From the IMG/VR virus record IMGVR_UViG_3300043429_000212, positions 1,081 to 65,080 of that record: a stretch of 64,000 nucleotides of DNA; one strand, given 5' to 3'. Below the pieces are notes generated by a model. That model did not search any database and was not told where the DNA came from. It worked only from the letters and a program-made list of their open reading frames with translations. The DNA is from a virus (taxonomy: Duplodnaviria; Caudoviricetes). Numbering within the stretch: the first letter of the stretch is position 1; every line of letters begins with the position of its first letter. The position numbers and the translations under genes are program-made. Shown piece after piece: positions 16,837 through 26,500 of the stretch.

Positions 16837-17200
16837 CAAACCTACCGCACTGCGGCTGGCTGGATATTGGGCAGCCAAAAATGACCAAGGCGAGTACCTG
16901 TACTCAAGTTTGCGCTTTCGAGAAGAAACCGCAGCCGAACTGCGCCGGCTGGTTGCCGAGAACGAGCGACTGCACCAGATCAACCAGTCCCACGAGATGA
17001 AGCTGTCTGTGCGCGGGTACGAAATACAGATTGCGGATCTGAAGGCGGTGAACCAGGAACTTCTGGAGGTGTTGCGCCTAACGAGCATTGACTGCCAGTA
17101 CTTGCATCATGCCCACAAAGATCGGCATTTGCTTTTCGAAGAATGTCCTGTTGTGGCGCGAATCAACGCCGCCATCGCCAAAGCAGAGGGGCAAGCATGA
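16829..17200 (+). CDS. hypothetical protein
   Basis: KPTALRLA, AAELRRL, NQELLE and AAIAKAEG blocks. Confidence 0.65.
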   Translation: MADKPTALRLAGYWAAKNDQGEYLYSSLRFREETAAELRRLVAENERLHQINQSHEMKLSVRGYEIQIADLKAVNQELLEVLRLTSIDCQYLHHAHKDRHLLFEECPVVARINAAIAKAEGQA

Positions 17201-17280
17201 AACTCCGCGCCTTTCTGCGCGGCTTCGTCAACGGATTGACGCTGTTGCCGCTGTGGCGGTGGCTTAGGAGGAAGAAATGA
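17197..17280 (+). CDS. 27-aa cationic amphipathic micropeptide MKLRAFLRGFVNGLTLLPLWRWLRRKK
   Basis: ATGA-coupled at both ends; fills the gap exactly. Confidence 0.55.
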   Translation: MKLRAFLRGFVNGLTLLPLWRWLRRKK

Positions 17281-17519
17281 AGTTCCGCAAAAAGCCTGTG
17301 GTCATCGAGGCCACGCAGTGGTTCAAGAACGGTGATCACCCGATGGTTTACACAAAACATGGCAGCGCCAGCGACTTATGGGGGTATATCAAGACGCTAG
17401 AGGGGGAGCACATTGTCACCCCCGGCGACTGGATCATCACGGGCATCAAGGGTGAGCACTATCCCTGCAAGCCCGACATCTTCGCAGCGACCTATGAGCC
17501 GGTGGAGGAGCAGAAATGA
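17277..17519 (+). CDS. conserved phage protein (KKPVVIEA..TLEG..PCKPDIF family)
   Basis: Recognisable widespread phage motif set. Confidence 0.75.
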   Translation: MKFRKKPVVIEATQWFKNGDHPMVYTKHGSASDLWGYIKTLEGEHIVTPGDWIITGIKGEHYPCKPDIFAATYEPVEEQK

Positions 17520-17749
17520 AACACACCCCGTGGTTCCCCGCCAGCGTAAAGCCTGTCAGGGCGGGGGTGTATGAGGTCAAGGAAGGCCGCCTGCCGGTTT
17601 GGTATCGGTATTGGGACGGGCAGTTTTGGTACGCAGGAGGCCCAAGTCCGTGGAGCGCCCGAAATTGGATTTTGATGCCCATAGGGGTCAAGGAAGCAGG
17701 AAGGTTACTTGCAGCGCCTTGGCGCGGCCTCGCGGAGGAACCGAAATGA
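17516..17749 (+). CDS. Trp-rich hypothetical protein
   Basis: TPWFPASVKPVRAGVYE..WRGL; coupled. Confidence 0.65.
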   Translation: MKHTPWFPASVKPVRAGVYEVKEGRLPVWYRYWDGQFWYAGGPSPWSARNWILMPIGVKEAGRLLAAPWRGLAEEPK

Positions 17750-17976
17750 CCACATGGCACAAAGGCCCGCCGCCTTCTGTCGGCTGGTGGCCGGCGAGTA
17801 CAACGCGTAGTCCAAATATGCTACGGTGGTGGAATGGAAAGTGGTGGAGTTGCGGTTGTGTTGAGCGCTATTCGGCGCAAACTGTGGCAAAAGTTGCCAC
17901 GGAGAAATCTCGGTATCAAAACGAAATCGAATGGACCGACAGGCCCGCATCGTGGCCGGAAAGGAGTAGGACATGA
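17746..17976 (+). CDS. Trp-rich hypothetical protein
   Basis: WHKGPPPSVGWWPAS; coupled. Confidence 0.65.
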   Translation: MTTWHKGPPPSVGWWPASTTRSPNMLRWWNGKWWSCGCVERYSAQTVAKVATEKSRYQNEIEWTDRPASWPERSRT

Positions 17977-18188
17977 CCAACGCCGAACTTGACACCATGT
18001 GGTTCCAAGCGCAGCACGACGCCATCAAGGCGGGTGAGGATTTCACTCGGTATCGTTTCGCCGCCCTCGTCGCCGCAGTAGAGCGTGAGGCGTGTGCGAA
18101 GGTGTGCGAAACCACAGACGAACCACTGGACCCTTCAGCGGCGGGAGGTGTCTTCGCCGCAGCCATCCGCGCAAGGGGGAACAAATGA
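17973..18188 (+). CDS. modular hypothetical protein (EREACAKVC..AIRARG family)
   Basis: Repeat blocks shared with neighbours. Confidence 0.65.
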   Translation: MTNAELDTMWFQAQHDAIKAGEDFTRYRFAALVAAVEREACAKVCETTDEPLDPSAAGGVFAAAIRARGNK

Positions 18189-18511
18189 CCCGAGAAGACA
18201 TCCTCAAGCTGGCGCGGGTGGTTGGATTGCGTAGTGCAGTTTTGCTGCACATATACGATGGCAAAGAAGGGGCGCTGACGGACCAAGAACTGGCCGAGTT
18301 GCAGAGGCTTGAACGCTTCTTCCGGCTGGCCTACGAGTCCGGTGCCGCAGCAGAGCGCGAGGCAATCAGCGACGAATACGCTGCCCGTTTACAGGGTGAT
18401 CTGGAGAACGGTGTCCGCCGGCTGAATGAGGCGGCTGCATCGGAGTTCCACAAGAAGTACCCGCAGCTTGCCAGCTTCAACGCATGGCTGAATGAAAGGG
18501 GGAACACATGA
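18185..18511 (+). CDS. hypothetical protein
   Basis: MTREDI..AAAEREA; coupled. Confidence 0.6.
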   Translation: MTREDILKLARVVGLRSAVLLHIYDGKEGALTDQELAELQRLERFFRLAYESGAAAEREAISDEYAARLQGDLENGVRRLNEAAASEFHKKYPQLASFNAWLNERGNT

Positions 18512-18789
18512 CCCAAGAAGACCTAGAACGCTTCGCCGCCATCGTCGCCGCAGCCCAACGCGAGAAAGTCGCCCACTGGATGCGCAGCATGGGCTATGCC
18601 ACCGGGCATGGCGACACGATAGAGGATCTGCTGGACCACCTCGGCACGCAGATTGCGGAGGGGTTGCTGACGGAGCGTGAGGCGTGTGCGAAGGTGTGTG
18701 AAGACACCACTGCGGCATGGACACAGCCTGTCTACAACGGAGCATGTATGGATTGCGCCGCCGCCATCCGCGCGAGGGGGAACAAATGA
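18508..18789 (+). CDS. modular hypothetical protein (EREACAKVC..AIRARG family)
   Basis: GYATGHGDTIEDLL plus repeat blocks. Confidence 0.65.
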   Translation: MTQEDLERFAAIVAAAQREKVAHWMRSMGYATGHGDTIEDLLDHLGTQIAEGLLTEREACAKVCEDTTAAWTQPVYNGACMDCAAAIRARGNK

Positions 18790-19025
18790 AGGAATCAATT
18801 ACCAAAGCCTTGGAGCAAGGGTTTGCAGATCAACGATGGAGTATCGTTGGTTATGGCGGTTCTTGGGCTAGGGCCATAGCCCCGCTACAGCAATACATTG
18901 AACACAAGGTGCGTAAGGCAGTGATGGCAGAGCGCAAGGCGTGCGCCGACATCTGCGACCAGCACGCCAGCATCGAGGGTATTGCGCAAAAGTGCGCAGC
19001 AGAAATCAGAGCGAGGAACAAATGA
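18786..19025 (+). CDS. modular hypothetical protein (ERKACADIC..EIRAR)
   Basis: Degenerate member of the same family. Confidence 0.6.
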   Translation: MKESITKALEQGFADQRWSIVGYGGSWARAIAPLQQYIEHKVRKAVMAERKACADICDQHASIEGIAQKCAAEIRARNK

Positions 19026-19195
19026 GACGCCGCATTCGCAGGATCAAAGACCACCTGTATCCCTGGTACATCTACGCCGCAAGGCGGCGCAAAGCGTGGG
19101 CAAAAGCATGGGGCAGCTACAAGACCCTGAGCGAGGCACTGCGCGAGGCGCATGAGGCATACACGAGGAGCAGGAATGAACTACCTCCCCAATGA
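19022..19195 (+). CDS. small basic hypothetical protein
   Basis: Coupled ORF. Confidence 0.45.
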   Translation: MRRRIRRIKDHLYPWYIYAARRRKAWAKAWGSYKTLSEALREAHEAYTRSRNELPPQ

Positions 19196-19373
19196 CACAG
19201 CCCGCTGCGCCGGGGCACACAAGACTGAGTGCGAAGACTGTCTGAGAAACATCAAGGTCAGCCCGCTGCACCCCGACGCATTCCGCTCTGTTTGGATTGG
19301 CCCGTGGGTGATGGATACGCCTTGTATTTCCAAGTTGACCAAGGAAAGAGAGAAATATGAGCAGCCACGCTGA
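19176..19373 (+). CDS. small Cys-rich hypothetical protein
   Basis: LPNDTARC..CEDCLR. Confidence 0.55.
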   Translation: MNYLPNDTARCAGAHKTECEDCLRNIKVSPLHPDAFRSVWIGPWVMDTPCISKLTKEREKYEQPR

Positions 19374-19602
19374 TAACTTCATTGATGAAGGCGTAGTAAA
19401 GGCCATCAAGCACTACGCACAATCACCAATCGGGACTGTCGCGGTGCTGTCCGAAGAAGTTGGAGGGCTTGTCCTCGTGGGCAAGTGGATATCAGCTAAC
19501 AAACTTGGACCGCCGTTTGAGTTTGTGAGTAAGGACGAATGGAAAAACCTGCAAGCGCCGGACACACCCAGCATATCCAAAATGGAGGACAAAAAGAAAT
19601 GA
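19357..19602 (+). CDS. hypothetical protein
   Basis: ORF tiling the operon. Confidence 0.5.
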   Translation: MSSHADNFIDEGVVKAIKHYAQSPIGTVAVLSEEVGGLVLVGKWISANKLGPPFEFVSKDEWKNLQAPDTPSISKMEDKKK

Positions 19603-19868
19603 ACCAAGAAAATATATCTGCCAAGTTAAATGCTTGGCAACAAGCAAACCCCTGGTTTGGTAAAGATATAAAAGCTACACATATAGTTTTATCTTTTCAC
19701 CTCGGGCTACTAGAGTCTGGCATAGAGGCCGACAGTGATGAGTACTTCAGCAAACTTGATATTCAAATAAGCCTAGCGAAACAGCTAGGCATCTTAAAGA
19801 TAAAGCAGCCCAGTAATCGATCTCAGACAAATCGCAGACCACGAAAAAAAAGGTGCAAAGCAGCGTGA
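19599..19868 (+). CDS. stand-alone homologue of the scaffold C-terminal domain
   Basis: AWQQANPWFG..H..L..G..SDEYF..LD aligns with scaffold AWQEANPWFG..H..L..G..SEEYF..ID. Confidence 0.7.
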   Translation: MNQENISAKLNAWQQANPWFGKDIKATHIVLSFHLGLLESGIEADSDEYFSKLDIQISLAKQLGILKIKQPSNRSQTNRRPRKKRCKAA

Positions 19869-20104
19869 GATGTCCGCACTGCAACAAGGAAGGTAAGTCA
19901 ACGGTTCTAGAGAGCCGTCCTTACGATGGGCAGGTCTGGCGCAGGCGCATGTGTCCCAAGTGTTTAAAGACGTTTGTTTCATGTGAAACAGCGTCGCCGG
20001 ACATGAAGATGCCGGCACAGACCCAGTCCAAACACAGGCTGAAAGACCGGAAGATTAAGCCGGAACAGCACAACCTTAGATGGAGAAGCAATGAGCGCGA
20101 ATAA
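19865..20104 (+). CDS. NrdR-like zinc-ribbon protein
   Basis: RCPHC..STVLESR..RRRMCPKC..F. Confidence 0.7.
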   Translation: MRCPHCNKEGKSTVLESRPYDGQVWRRRMCPKCLKTFVSCETASPDMKMPAQTQSKHRLKDRKIKPEQHNLRWRSNERE

Positions 20105-20414
20105 CAGTGGCCCCAGCCACTACAAGGACAAGACCATACAGCCGTGGGACTTCATCATCGCCCTGAACCTCAACTACCTTGAGGGGAACGTCGTCAAGTA
20201 TGTCTGTCGGTGGAGGCAGAAGAACGGCATCGATGATTTAAACAAGGCAAAGCACTACCTTGAGAAGCTCATCGAGGTAGAGTCCAAGAAGCCAAAGTCC
20301 AAGAAGACCGTCGCAAAAGCCAATGAACAACAAGCTAAACGCCGCCGAAAGAGAGCATCTCCAAAGGATCAAGGAGATGCCGTGCGAGGTCTGCGGGGCA
20401 CATGGGCCATCTGA
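20091..20414 (+). CDS. DUF3310 (SaV-like) protein
   Basis: SHY..IQPWDFI..EGNVVKYVCR..KNGIDDLNKAKHYL. Confidence 0.85.
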   Translation: MSANNSGPSHYKDKTIQPWDFIIALNLNYLEGNVVKYVCRWRQKNGIDDLNKAKHYLEKLIEVESKKPKSKKTVAKANEQQAKRRRKRASPKDQGDAVRGLRGTWAI

Positions 20415-20583
20415 TGCTCATCACATCAAGCAGGGGCTCCAGTACCTGTGCATACCCTTGTGTAGAGACTGCCATCAGGGCAGTTTCAACGGCATTCATG
20501 GGCAGGCCAGGATCTGGGCCGTCTACAAGAAGGACGAGATGTCCGTCTTGAATGACGTCATTGCCCGCTTGACATCTTCTTGA
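20323..20583 (+). CDS. Ref/DUF968-like HNH-family nuclease
   Basis: PCEVCG..DAHHI..IPLCRDCH. Confidence 0.7.
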   Translation: MNNKLNAAEREHLQRIKEMPCEVCGAHGPSDAHHIKQGLQYLCIPLCRDCHQGSFNGIHGQARIWAVYKKDEMSVLNDVIARLTSS

Positions 20584-23500
20584 TTTGCTGGATGTTGGAG
20601 GCCAACTGGTTCTCCAACGTCGTGATGTTGAGGATGATGTCCTTCTTCTGATCCGCATCCATGTTGGACGCCCGGACGAAGTTCTTCATCTCCCGGTACT
20701 GCTTCATGGACTTCTCAAGATCGAGGACGTAGTCCTTGACAGCGAACAGTCCCTTGTTCTCCTGGAAGTACTCACCCCACTCCTGGGGTTGCATGTTCCT
20801 CTCCAGGAGGTTGACCGTTCTCACTGCCTCATCTACGGAGTTCTTCAACTCATAGAAGGCAGTGACCTGTCCTCGTGCCTGGGGATCTACCAGGAACCTC
20901 TTGATCACCGGCATCTGTTCAAACCGCTTTGCCGCCTTCGGGGCATCGCTGTTCATGTCGTAGATGGCGTCGAACAGATCCACCATGTATCCACCGATAG
21001 TGCCGGTGTATCCATTGATGAGTTGGTCCAGCTTCACCGGGGAGATCTGAATGCCTGTGGGCAAGTCCTTCGTTGCCCCGCCGATCAGTTGAGACAACCG
21101 AGATGTCGTGGGTCCAACCTGATAGGCCGGGGCCACATCCTCCAGGCCCTGAGACACGATAGGTCTCGTGGTGAAGAAGGAGAAGTTCGTCGCGTACTCG
21201 ATGACCGGCAGAGCCGTCTGAGGGATCGGGTTAAACGCAAGGGTGCTCATCAACTGCCGGGTCATGGACTTCATAAAGTCCTTCCCGGTGTCGTCACCAA
21301 AGCTGTACTCAAGGATCCGCTCCGGGATGACCTTGAACAGCACACCGATTTCAAACGGGATGGGGATCTTCACACCCAGAGACGGGATCAGCCAGTAGTT
21401 GTCCCGGGTCTCCTGCTCTTGCCTCTTCCACTCATCATCGTCGCTAGCAAGCATCCAGTACATGGTTGACAATGCTGCGATGGTCATGCCACGGACGAAG
21501 AACCTCTTCTGCACTTCCTTCGGATCAATGTCAGATCCCTTGGCGAATGCCGCCCGGTACAGGACATCAAGACCCTGCATCCGGGCATTCAAGAAGGGAA
21601 CCGCTGCGGTGAGAACCCGGACCATCGGGTTGCTGCCCTTGCGGTTGAAGTTCATCACCTCCAGGGCTCTGAAGATGGCTTCTGTCTCGTTCCCAGTCTC
21701 AGCCAGGGTCTTCTTGTAGATCTCCATCCGGGTTGCCGCATCAGATGCGGTAGTTCCCTTCTCCAGGGCATCCCAGAGCGAGGTGAACGGACGGGTCAGC
21801 CTCTCAGTGGTCGTGTAAACATTAGCTTCCTTGCGAAGCTCCCTGTTGAAGCGATTGGCACTGATCTCTACTCCCTGGGAGTAGTCGTACCCTCCGATGA
21901 CGCCGGAGTTCAGGAGTGCCGCGTACTCAGGGTTCTGTCCTCTCAGAGCCTTGCCAAAATTTGTCAATGTATCGACCAGCGGTGTCATGTTTACACCGGA
22001 GGACACCCAGGCAGACATGGAGTCCCGCATCATGTTGGCAAGCATGAAGGCGGGATCCTTGGTGACCAGACTTCTCAGCAGGTTGGCTGGGGCAGACAGA
22101 AGACCAATGAACGGCAGGTCTCCCAGGTTCAGGCTCTTCAACGCATCGATGAACAGAGGATCCTGAGATGAGTAGTAGGTGGCCTTGCCCTTCTCCAGGA
22201 TCTTGACCACGTTCGGGGCAGAGGACACGTAGTTGAGCCTCTGAACCTGATTGATGGCCTGGGCGACGTTGACGGCCTTCTGAGCCGCAGCGTTCTTCAT
22301 GCCCGCTTCGATGGAGTACTGGACGTTACGGATGACAGTCTCAAGGAACTCCCCGAGAGGTGCCTCTGATCCCTTGGTCTTCTTGGGAGGCTTCACCCCG
22401 GCAAGAGATGCAAAGATCTGCGGGCCGACCGTCTGCTCCCCGTCGATCTGACGATAGAAGGGAATGTAGTCGGAGTACTTCACAAACTCCTTGGCAGCAT
22501 CCTCCGTCAATACCCCGGTGTCCAGCAGATACTTGACGAGACCGTTATTGAACTCGATCCATTCCTTCTGGATGCCGTCAAACTCAGGATGGTCTTGCAG
22601 GATCTTTGCAGCTTCCGCCTGATCAGCCGGGGTGATGAACTTCGGATCCCGTCCTTGACCATACAGCCGCAGACCTCTGTTTACAGCAGCCCAGAACTGA
22701 TACTTCTGGTAGATGAAGGGATCGTTGTACTTCGCCAGCGGGGCGAAGATGGCGAGCGGACCCTTGACCGTGTTGTTGTTGTTGACAACCTCGGTGCGCC
22801 CGTTGATGTAGACCGGGATACCACCGACCCGGTCATGCACCCCCATAGCTGCGGCCAGAACACCGGCACTCATATCAGACATGAGAGCAGCAGCCTCTGC
22901 GCTTGAGTCGGCAAGTAAAGGTGCCCCGCCCATCTGGCGGACAAGCTCCTTGTCATACTCGCCCAGACGGTTGTAGCGGTTGAGGAACATCGCCCGGAAA
23001 TGAGAGGCACTCTTCGGGAAGATGGCCTCCGTGATCCGCTGTATAAACGTCTTCTCTTCTCGGGGCGTGGTAGTTTGATCAATGCGAGCCCGGGTGGCAG
23101 GATCGGTCTGATCCCGCAGGTTCATGCGCGGGCCTTCACGCAGGCTTGGCTTGGCAATCGGGATAACCTTCTTGCCTTGCTTGATCTTTTCCTGATCTCG
23201 GATGATGACGGTGTCTCCGTCGCGCTGACGGTCGTAGTCAACGAAGAACCCGTCGTACCTGATGGCAGCATCCTCTGGCCGGCCAGTCCTGTCCTTGTTG
23301 GTCAGGCCAATGATCATGCCCTTGTTGAACAGGTTTTCCTTCTGACCGGGCCTCGGGTCAAGGAAACGAGCGTCGTAGTTGTCTCCGTTCCAGACCTGGA
23401 ACTTCTCACCAGTCTTCTCATCCAGCAGAAAATCTGGCATGTCTTTCTTGCTGGTGAAAGCCATCGCCACGTTGAAGCCGTTGTTTAGACGCTTGATCAT

Positions 23501-26500
23501 GGCGTTCCAGTTGGAGCCAAGACCCACCGTCTTTCCTTCGACCACCTGAGCGACACCATCCGAGCTATAGGTCAGATGGTGGTTGTCTGCAATCGGACGC
23601 GGCGTTGCCAGCTTGGTGTAGTCATAGAACCTTACGTCCGGGAAGCCATTGATCAGCGGGGCCAGCATCTTCGGCGGGAAGTCGCTGGTCACGTTCAGCC
23701 GGATAGCTGGGGTGTAGACCTGCTTTTTAACGCGACTTTTTTTCCCTTTCTCATCCGTGACGGTCTCGAAGCCCTTGTCGCTCTTGGCCCACGCCTCAAA
23801 CCGCTTGATCTCCTCATACAGGACAATGCCGAAGTCCTCCGGGTGCATCACCAAGGCTTCAGTCTTCAAGTACTGAGACAGGCGCGGGCCGGCGCGGAAC
23901 GGACCTTCCCCACCATACAGTTCGTTCTGGCCGCTGGTCTCGCCCAGGCACAGACTCTCGCACCGGGCAGAGTTGGGACAGGTAGACAGGTTGTTCTCGT
24001 TGATCTTCTGGGCACTTGCCAAGCCAAGACCAAGAGAAGCAACGCTGTTCTCGATGTCCTCTGGAAGCTGGTATTCGTTTAGACGGGTCTTCTGTAGCTT
24101 GCCGTTCTCTCCAAGAAGAGTGCCGACGTTGTGCTCTTCCTTGAGGACTTGTCGAGCCTGGGCCAGCCTAGCCCTGCGCTGCTCCGGCGACATCTTGCGA
24201 TAGGCATCAATGCCAGACTCCAGGCCCTTGCCGATATCGCCGATGGTCGTGGTCTTGGTGACAGCCTCGCTGCGCGGCTTGTAGAGCGTGAACAGCTTGG
24301 TCATCTTCATCTTCTCGGCAAAGGCGTTACCCTCCGCGAGTTGGATGAAGAAGTCCTTGCGTCCGTCTGCGTGCTCCATGTCGAACTGAAGCAGTTCAGG
24401 CCGAACATGAACCATCACGTTGGCTTCGACCGGGCCTTGATCGATGTTCCCAAGCCTACCCCGAACAGCCGCAGGGCTGGATTCGTTGGTCAGGTAGATC
24501 CGGTTGGCAGTCGGATTGACTGCCTTGAGCCTCTTGGTCTTCGCCACCTCACGCGCACTGGCGTTGTTGGTCGGGAAGTACAAGGTCACAGTGCCATTGG
24601 CATTCAACGGCACTCCAAGGATCGGATGGTTCTCCTTGCCCTTGGCTAGCTTGCGCTCCGAATATGGAGCCTTGATGGAAGCCTTGGGCGTTTCAACGGG
24701 AACATCGATCTGGCCGGCGGAGGTGTAAGGAAGAATGCCGTTCTGATCCTCGTAAGCCTCTGCCTGCTCCTTCTCCTCGGTCGTCTCCTTCCAGACGTTG
24801 GGAGCAACCTCCCGCCCGCGAAGCTCTCCCCTCTCAGCCTTGCGGAAGATCCGCTCGGCATCAGGCTCAGCACCGAACGCTTCCTTGATGGCCTGGAAGA
24901 AGTTACGTATCTTCTTCAGAAGAGCCTGGAGCATCCCAGGAGGAGCCTTGGTCGCATCGAAGTCAGCGAACGCATCAGCGATAGCCTCTTCAATGACAGC
25001 CTCTTCATCCCCGCCGTACAGCCTCATGTAGGCGTCGTACCGGGATGTCTGTCCTTCTTTCAGAGGCTGTCTGTTTACATTCTTCTGCTTCAGGTACTGA
25101 TCGATCCACTTCTCTTTGGCTTGTCTCTCAAGAGCCGTCCACTGCTGATCAGAGAAGAGCCCAAGAACCTTCATGGCATGGATGGACTCATGCCTCAAAG
25201 CCACTACAGGATCTTCCGCATCGAGTGCCAAACTGATGACCCGGGCAGAGTACTCACCCTCTGCCTTGAGATCAGCCACTAGCTTGAGGGCAACATCCTT
25301 CAAGCCATAACGCGACATAATCCTGGTGAGAGCCTTGCCCAGAATGTCAATCTTGGCCTGGGTCTCAGGAGAAACCTTCTTGGGTTCTGAAACCTCTCGG
25401 ACGGAAGCCTTCTCTGCCGGGGCCATCTCCTTGCGGATCTCTTCCACAAGATCCGAAGAACTGGTCCAGTTGTCCCATGCGGCCTTCTGCTGACGAAGCT
25501 CCTTCTCCCGCTTCTTGAGTGCCTCGGGATCCTTGATGTCGATCCCTTCCTTCTTGGCAATCTCAGGTCTGCGGCTGGCCCCGGAGATAGCTGCCAACCT
25601 CTGAGCGATCTGGTTCTGCTTGAGGGTGGCGATCCTCGCCATGTCCTCGGCTTCCTTCATGGCCGAGTCATCGAACCCGAAGAGATCACCACCATCAGAA
25701 GGCGGCTGGTCCTTGGAGATCGTTTGAACAGCCTTGATAAGGTTTACAGCAGCAAGAGGACTCTTGCCCTCTTGGATAGCCTTCAGGCCAACGGCTTGGA
25801 GTCGGGAGTCTCCAGGGGCTGCGTTGGCGATTGCTGCTGCTCCTGCATCAGAGATGACATCGGCACGATGCGCCGCAACAAGCTCTGGACTACCTCTGGT
25901 GGCGATTGCGAAACCTTGCTTTCCCGGAGCCCGCGCCAGAAGTCCTCTTGACTCGGCATCTGCTTCTGAGATTCCTGCGTTTTCGAAGTAGGCGACATAG
26001 TCTTTTACCTTTCCTTGCTGATCCCGGATGTTCAGTTCAGCATCCAGCATCGCCGCCTGCTTGGCATCGAAACCAGTAGCCTCTTCATGGATCTGCGCAG
26101 GGATGGTCGTCTCCCCGCTGCGTCGCGCCAGATCCAACCTGTGCCGGCCAGAGATAACCTCCATCCGGCCATCGTTTCGCTTCCAGACCTGAATAGGAGC
26201 AACACCGCGCCGGTCGAACGTGCCTCCAAGAGGCTCTACAACTCCCTTGGTATCAGCGTCAGACTTGAACTGCGGGACATCCTTGGAAAGGATCAACTCA
26301 GACAGAGGCGCTTCAATGACCGGAAGCCCGCTCATGGCAGATTGCTCAGGCTTCTTTTCAGCCTGGAGCGCATCTTGCGCAGCCTCTTCCTCCTCCTTGG
26401 TGACAGCCTGTGCAGACTCAACAGGCTTCTCCTCGGGCTTTTCCTCCGCAGGCTTTAGCTCTTCAGTAGGCTTTACCTCTTCGGCAGGCTTCTCTTCCGG

